A stretch of DNA of 44,835 bases, counting the filler, from Catajapyx aquilonaris (lineage: Eukaryota): the NCBI GenBank assembly GCA_000934665.2. It is 2 parts of 2 records of this genome, joined end to end, with 100 filler letters (N's around TTAATTAATTAA, not from the genome) between each part and the next. Parts side by side here need not be neighbours in the genome. Positions count along the whole stretch, not along the records: positions 22,486 to 44,835 come from JYFJ02005876.1; 1 more part is not named here. One strand, given 5' to 3'. The notes beneath the pieces were generated by a model. The model was given only the letters and a program-made list of their open reading frames with translations. It was not told the origin of the DNA and made no database searches. Below are positions 37,701 to 44,835 of the stretch, one piece after another (positions within the stretch are counted from its first letter, which is position 1; each line of letters begins with the position of its first letter). The position numbers and the translations under genes were made by a program.

Positions 37701-40215
37701 AGCATCACCCGCGGAAACTGGATATGGAGCAAAGCTGGTTGTTGGCCTCGGAAAAGTTGCTTTCCGGTTGTTATCATCATCTTGTTGAAAGCCAGACTTG
37801 AACGAGTCTGCCCGCCTGGCAGGTGGTTGTAAATTGGCCATCACCTTCCTTCCATGGTCTGTGTTGGGAATGGTCACGCTCACTACCATCTCCCGAGCAT
37901 CTCCCTCTTCTTCTACCCCCAACACTTGGAAGGCCATGCTGGCATTGGTCATTACGCTCTTGAAGGTTGGCTCAGATATGCCGCGGGGGAGGTTGTTCAC
38001 CTTGCAGCGGACACCCAACATCTTCTGCCTCATGAAGCGAGCCTCCATGCAAAACACCATCTCACGGCTTACTTGCAAAACACGTCCGTAGTCCACCAGG
38101 CGGACACGGATCCTCTGGGTCGACGGGCATTCACTTAACACCTACAATCCAACAAAAAGAGGACCATTGAAGAAAAACCATCAATGCAATGGCGGATTGA
38201 CAACTTACCTTTCCTCTTAAGTAGCTACCAGTTGCAGAATCAAAAACCACCCACGCTTCCCCAACGTGTGACTCCGGAAGTTTCCCGACAACGAAGGCAT
38301 CCGGTTTATACAGGTATCGTGGGTGCCTTGTTAGCTTTTCGTACGTCTCATTCAAGGCTTTGTCTAATGCTGGTAAGTCAGTGGCCATAAACCTGAGAGG
38401 TTGGGCATACATGTAAGGTGGTAGGTCGACCTGGGCAACAAACATCTCCTCCGTGCTTTGAAGCTCTGGCAACCAGGGGACTGGATGGCTCTGCAACTCT
38501 GCAAGGACAAGTGCCTCATTGAGGCACTTATTTCCTTTCAGAATCAGATTTGACACATATTTGCCGTCTGCCACTTCCAGCACATTCATCTCCGATTCCT
38601 TCTCAATCAGCTTAGGAGCCCATTGATCTGGAATAGTTCTAATGGCATCCAGCTCTATCAGTATGGCTGTCTTCGGTGTATCATCATCCATCTTTGGTAG
38701 TACTTCAGCAATGGATACCTCTTCCTTGAATCCATAATCCACCATCCTGACTTGCACGGACTTGACCATAGGGTCTGACATGATCTCTGCACGGTACCAG
38801 GCACGGTCACTTGATGAGCGAGCGAGACATGCTGTACCAGGATGCAGCAGATTAGGACTCAAGGTGTTTCCTGGTGCAACAGCGGCACAGCGCTGGACCC
38901 TCCGCATGAGCCTCTCGAGACGATGCATGTCCTCCAGCAGCTGCATCCAGACACGGTTTTCTTCAATGAGGATGCACACGCCTGTCACGCTGTCCCCTGC
39001 CATCAGTGGCTCGTGCTCTGGGTAGCCAGCTGCGATGCTGCCAGCATGTCCGCATGACCTCAAAAGGTCCAAAACACTTTGTCCATCAGGGAGGTACAAG
39101 GACACCTGATAAACATCATCATCAGCGAGCCGCACAATGTGCATTTTCAATTCAATGTCACAAGTGATCTCTGCAAAATGATTCCCTACAATCCCATGGG
39201 CATCCCTCAGGCTGCAGGGGATTGCAAGGGGCTCTGGTACCAAGAAGTTGTCCGGACAGAAGGCCAGCTGGTGACTAGCGACCTGCTCAGAGTTGCCGTA
39301 ATCAACAAATCTGCACAACAAAAGTAATGTGTAAGTACGCTATTGAGAAGACAGTTGATGCATTGATACTTACCGTACAGTGGTCGGTGCATCCGGAGCA
39401 GAAATTACTATGGCTCGGTAAAGCAAACTATCCTGGCTGTAGCGCGCCAAGACAGGTGAACCCAGTCGAGGAACTTGGCTCACTGTTTCAAGCTTCAAAG
39501 CAGCTAGTTTGGCTCCCATGACATTCAGAGCCACTTCTGAACTGGCCATCTGTACATGGAAGAAGTGGGGTCCTCCGGCAGCTTCAGACACTTAAGCCCG
39601 GTACTCCCCAGCCTCAAGGGACAGGAACTGGTACGCATGTGGCCGTCTAGCGCACAGACCCACCTGCTGGGCAACCTCGCTCAATGGCTTCCCATTTACC
39701 TTGCTGAAGAGCTGAAACACAGGGACACCCTTATGTTGGCCTACAACCTTGTAGCAAAAAAGTCTGTCTCCTAGGGCATCTCGCAGTGCTGTGAAATGTG
39801 GGTCGACCCACACATCCCCCAAAGGCGGATACAGATCGGCAAGGAAGTGCTCCGATGAGAGAGGTCCCTGTTCTAGTCCAGGTTGTGCCTTCCACGGGCG
39901 CATGTTACATACGAGGGCTTCAGTTTCGGTACCAAAGTCAATCAGCCTCACCCTAACGTGCCTCGGATGGGAGGGCACCTCAGGGAGGACTATGCAGCGG
40001 TACCAGACAAGATCCCGGCATCGAACAAGGTAGATCACATCACGCTGCAGGACCAGACCATAGGATGTCCTGGCATCCAATTTGGGCCCAATGATCTGCA
40101 GGGATTGGTGCACATTATGTGCAGTGTCCACATTTGTCTGAATCCAGGCTATGATTTCAGATGAAGGGACCTCCTCACGCCTCACAAATGTCACTCCATC
40201 ATAAGGGCCTGGCAT
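34788..40215 (-). pseudogene. Multi-Tudor (8 extended Tudor domains) TDRD6/TDRD15/Tudor-like gene with an in-frame TAA: a pseudogene, a null allele or a base-call error
   Basis: Exons 40215-39374, 39310-38209, 38141-37467, 37411-37212, 36915-36657, 36562-35465 and 35405-34788 total 4794 nt in frame. Eight repeats of the WYR...V.F.DYG type (LIDFG, FVDYGN, MVDYG, LVDYG, FIDFGN, NVDYGN, FLDYGD, SCDWGG). TAA at 39594-39592. Confidence 0.85.
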
Positions 40216-41099
40216 GGCTCAACCAGTGGCACTCTATACGGGGGGAAATCTGTGGAAGAGACACACAGAAAAATATCAATTGCACCATATGCACTGCAGA
40301 ATGTGTGGGAACAAGTAGAAGTACTGTACTGTACGAGGTCAACTTACGAACACCCTGTTTGCACGCATTTTTAGCCCTTTTCCTTTTTCATACATCTTGA
40401 GTGGTTGCATTTTCAGGGTGAGAGAATTAGCGTGTGTTTGGGCAAGTCTTATCGAATCTTCACATATTATGGGCAGGGGTCAATGCATCGGCCAACATGG
40501 CCCCGACAGAAACAGGGGGCCCCAAATTGGCGAATTTCTATTGAAAAATTTGACATTTAACCCTTTGAGGCCTACGTGCATCATATGAAGATCTGCAGGG
40601 TTTTGATCTGGGCGCTCTCCAGTTTAGACAGAAATGGCTCAATCTGAGGGTCAAAGAGCTCCTACCACCCCGTCGTAGAAGGGAAGCTCAGCTACCATTG
40701 CGTATCAGTTTTTCCGCCTCACAGTGTGAGCTAAGCTTACCCCCCTACCGCGGCGTCAGAACCGGGCGTGCCGTAAGTCTGGACTCCTTGGAGTTTCTGA
40801 TAGTAGAGTGTTGTAGTATTATTTTGTAACCATACTAACAATTTTATAGTTACCTTAAATTGATTTAATTGCATTTAAAGTTAATTGCACTTTTAAAATA
40901 TTTTCTGGAACACCCTGTAGATGAAATATTTTTCGGAATTTTACAATTCAAAAGGACCACCAGGAGTTAAAATGTTAAATATTGAAGCATATTGTTTTTC
41001 ATTAATATCACTCTTCTAACTAGCCTACAATGTTTTTCAATAAACGAGAAAAACGCCATAAATTGGCTTATTATTATTATTATCATCATCATCATTATT

Positions 41100-41454
41100 C
41101 AGATCTCTCAACTCTCCCGCATTGGGTGGGGGACTGCCGCATTCGGACCCCTTCCCCCGCCTCCCCGCATGCATCACCATTTCCCCCGCTAATTGTAGTT
41201 TTACTAAACTATACTAAATATCTCGCGAAACTTACGGTGGGAACAACTGCGCACAATGTTTGCAAAATTTGTTGTATATTTCACTAATTTATGCACCTGT
41301 GAGGCTTAGATTTCTCTCCTACAGTAATCTCCAGATACACAGGAATATTATCAGTGTCAGTTTACATTGAAACCCCCCTCATTACTAACCAATATATCCC
41401 CCTCATTTTCATAGGCGGTTCCCCTCATTTGGTATCAGCCTAGTTGAGAGGTCT

Positions 41455-41455
<1 letters not shown>
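41100..41455. mobile_element. Small TIR element embedded in an (ATT/ATC)n microsatellite
   Basis: TIRs CAGATCTCTCAACT / AGTTGAGAGGTCTG match at 13 of 14 positions. Subterminal CCCCTCATT occurs three times; trinucleotide repeats lie on both sides. Confidence 0.65.
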
Positions 41456-41512
<57 letters not shown>

Positions 41513-42539
41513 CACTATTATTGCAAAAATTTGTAAATTAAACGTCTGCATTGAAAAGGGGGCCTCACCTGATGGCTGTGGAGCCCACGACGAGCATTCC
41601 AGAGGACCCTTCTCCAGCCAAAGGAACAAGAAGTTGAGAAGTGGATAATTTCTCCAGGCCCTGAAATCACTTCGCGTTTTACGAGAAATCCCGGCTATTA
41701 TCAGATAACCGCTAATTAGGTAATAGAGCGCTTTTAACCGTACATTTTACATCAAATTGGCCAGCGAGTTCGGATAATAATTATTTGTTGACCTGAAATA
41801 AGTGCTGAAAAGACGATAATAATGTTGAATAATATAAATTTGTGGAGAAACTAGACTGTAAGCTGATACAAACCTGGTAGCTATTAATACCCTCCCGTGA
41901 TGCAACGTCACATGTGAATATCCAACCAGGTGTGAGGATGCATCCCGGTTCATCATCACGTACGGTCGCGTCATAATTTGATGATCGCCACATGTGTTCA
42001 AATTTCTAACAATTGACAAGTAAGTACGCAAATCAGCACCAATGTTACTTACACCACTACCGTAAATATAATCAGCCCATGTAATTGTTAAAATATTGCT
42101 ATTGTTGGTTCCAGGTTCCGGCCCACATATTTTGGTGTTGGCTGTACCACCGGACGTTGAGGACGTATGATTGAGGTGAGCATAAATTTCGATCATTTTT
42201 ACACTAAATGTAAGTATTTATTGGGGACTTTATCCGTTTGCATTTACTCAGTGCATTCCATTAAGTACATCACGTACACTACTAGTACGTTACGCAAGAA
42301 CATAATCACAGCGATTGTTGTCGTTAAAGAGTTCATTGATATGTGTAATTGTTCTTGCGGGAACGATAAATTGAGTTTCCTGTGTACACAGGCTGAAGCG
42401 CAGTCGGTCTGTGGAAGACTTTCGCAGCACAGCGGTGGGAGTATCGTCGACACGATGGCGGGCGCCGTACAAATAAGCAACAACAAGGTGCGGCATAGCA
42501 AAGCTGGACAACACTGACAATTATGTCATCACCTAATCG

Positions 42540-43170
42540 ATAATTTATTTTCTTAATTAATAACTTGACCATTGAATAATTTCATTTGGTCAATTTATAA
42601 TTTATTTCATTATAAGTAGTCGTTTATTATCTATTTAATATTTTAATCATCATGTCATGAACCAATAAGTAGCTGACCAATCACTTAATTTAGTTTTTTC
42701 GACCAATTAACAATTCATTTAATCAGTCAAAAATTTATTTCATTCCCATATTCATGTAATCAGTCAAAAATTCATTTCCTTCATAAATATCTTATTTGAT
42801 TATTCGATAGTGTATTCATTAATACCAATGAATAATTTGACATTAATTAATAAGTAAATAAGTGATCAATAAGTCATTTGCTATTTTCAGACCAATTAAT
42901 CATCTATTTAATAATCAGTTTAATTTTAATTAATTCAAATAATTATTATAATCTAATTTCTTATACCATTTATCCAATTGCTCCATAATTATTTAATAAT
43001 TAATTAAGTAATAATTATAAATATCTAATTTATTAACAGTGTATCCAATTGCTCCATAATTATTTATTTAATAATTAAGTAATAACTATAAATATCTAAT
43101 TTATTAACAGTTAATCCAATTGCTCCATAATCTGTTTATTTAATTAATAATTCATTTGATTCGCTAATAA
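42540..43170. repeat. AT-rich low-complexity region with a ~72-bp tandem unit (three copies)
   Basis: ATCCAATTGCTCCATAAT occurs at ~42972, ~43043 and ~43114, with TATAAATATCTAATTTATTAACAG between copies. Confidence 0.85.
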
Positions 43171-43188
43171 TTTAATTGTCATCAATAG

Positions 43189-44368
43189 GTGTTAATAATT
43201 TATGGACCTTTGCTTTTCAAGACATTTGATCACCTCCCGGAGGAAATGCAGGTGAAACTGTTCTGGTACCTGTCGACTAGAGACCTGCTGGCAGCGTCTC
43301 TGGTGTGCCGCTCCTGGCACAAGGCAGCCCTGGACCGGCGGCTATGGAAGGAGGCCAGGCTGAGCGGCTGGAGGGTCTGCAAGTGGAGGGCCGGACGCTT
43401 GCTGGAGCAGATGCCACTGCTGAGAAAGCTAATTCTTAGTCAGATAGAGAATCCGGACCAGCTCATTCAGAAGGTTGGGGACGACCTGCCCTTCCTGGAG
43501 GTGCTCACCATACAGCAAGTGGCGCTGGCTGGCTCGGAGCCACTGGCGAATGTGGCCAAAAAGTGAGTCGGCACTGGCTCCCAAAACCAATGATGTGACT
43601 AACACATTTTCTGACAGGTGCACAGCCCTGCGGGAGGTCGTTTTGACTGACGTTAGCATTCCGGCAAGTTTCCAGCATCCACTGGACATCTTCGCGGGAT
43701 GTTCCAAGCTGGAGAAGATCGACCTGGGTCAATACACCTGCCGCCGACGCCAACCAGATGGCACCATCAAGCGGGAGTGGTCCAGCTTGTCCGAGGTCAC
43801 CCTCAGCTGGGTGTCCGGAGACAGCTGCGACCCGGATGCAGAGATGGAAGTGTTGGCCGACAGCCTGAGTCACCTCCGGAAACTGCATATTGGGCGTTTG
43901 GGGTTGCCTCAATCCTGTATGCTCTTGGGTCAATGCAGCCCACTGGAGGAGCTGGACATCTCTGAGCCAAACTGGGACGCTCCGGACGGCCTCCTCCAGG
44001 CGATGTGCAACTTAGTCAGTCTCCGCCAGCTGAGCATGGGTGACACTTGGGAGCGTACCGGATCCGATCTCCTTGCATATTTCTGCGAGCCGCAAGTCGT
44101 TGGGCGGCTGGAGAGGTTAAGCTTCAACGAGAGCGAGACACTGACCGACACGTGCCTGGAGGCGATTGCAAACAATTGTCCACTGCTCAGAGACATTGCA
44201 CTACACAAGTGCCAGAAAATTACCTCGCTCGGCGTGATCGACTTCATCACAGCATGCCAAGCACTTCGGTACATCCGGCTGCGGCACTGCTACGGCGTGG
44301 ACCTCAGCAATGCTCATCTGTGGATACGTGAGCGGTATCCACACCTGCACATCCTGGAGCTGCGATGA
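43189..44368 (+). CDS. F-box / leucine-rich-repeat (FBXL-type) protein; start uncertain
   Basis: F-box motif FDHLPEEMQVKLFWYLSTRDLLAASLVCRSWHKAALDRRLW. Intron 43563-43617 (phase 2). LRRs include CPLLRDIALHKCQKITSLGV and LTDTCLEAIANNC. Stop at 44366-44368. Confidence 0.85.
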
Positions 44369-44740
44369 GGCAACGGTCTAGTGCCATTGCGGAGTTGTGG
44401 TGGATCCAGGCTGCGAATGAGGAGGTTCAGTGAATTTAGGAACACTAACATCAGGTCTAACGTTATCCTTTCCATCATTTTATAAAGGGAAAATTGAGTG
44501 GGTCGTGAATCAGAACAATTCTGAATTATCGTTTTTCAAAGGCGTCTTATGATATGGGGAAGGCAACATACGCCAATATGTGAGTGATGCATGAAAATAC
44601 CCAAGTTTTAAATATACTGGTACAATATATTAGCCTACACTAATTAACCCCAGAACCGTGACATGGGGTCTTTTAGAACCCCAAAGGAATTAATGCATTA
44701 AAATGATAATTCCAATGAACTTTTATCATTTTAAAAAGTA

Positions 44741-44835
44741 CAGGGTGTCCCTAAATGATTGTCAACATTTGAAAGTTGCTTAATTTCTATTAGATGCGGT
44801 GTGCAATGACAAGACAGACATAGAATGAAAGAGCA
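44741..44835. mobile_element. Start of another mariner-type MITE inserted at a TA in the piggyBac-like element
   Basis: TA|CAGGGTGTCCC begins where similarity to the 29395 copy stops. Confidence 0.5.

Noticed and set aside
34709..40164. Plus-strand ORFs overlapping the Tudor gene
   Set aside because: Antisense shadows of GC-rich coding exons.
41750..42520. Possible decayed tyrosine-recombinase (Crypton-like) sequence (TTSTLRKNIIT)
   Set aside because: Catalytic residues cannot be placed and the frames are broken; it would need a profile search.

Overview
This is eukaryotic DNA, most likely arthropod, with compact 53-100 nt introns. It is split by a 100-base artificial gap (44 N + TTAATTAATTAA + 44 N, 22386-22485), so the two halves may not be truly contiguous. 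Left half: the 3' part of a groucho/TLE co-repressor gene with an intronic ~66-bp minisatellite; a tail-to-tail pair of 9-exon SLC22 transporter paralogs (the + copy has an 8-nt frameshift deletion, the - copy has a GC-AG intron); a tRNA-Ala(TGC) pseudogene; and a ~2.45-kb inverted repeat whose arms each carry two degenerate tRNA-like cassettes. Right half: SINEs, MITEs and LINE fragments surround a cryptic, intron-split array of divergent SUMO-like domains on the - strand (25486-28759), with one intact reading frame ending in VGG plus a tail and several decayed copies. Next come an 8-Tudor-domain gene interrupted by an in-frame TAA and a divergently oriented F-box/LRR gene. The SUMO-like array is the most unexpected element and is invisible as a single ORF. 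All family assignments come from motif recognition by eye; no database searches were run.
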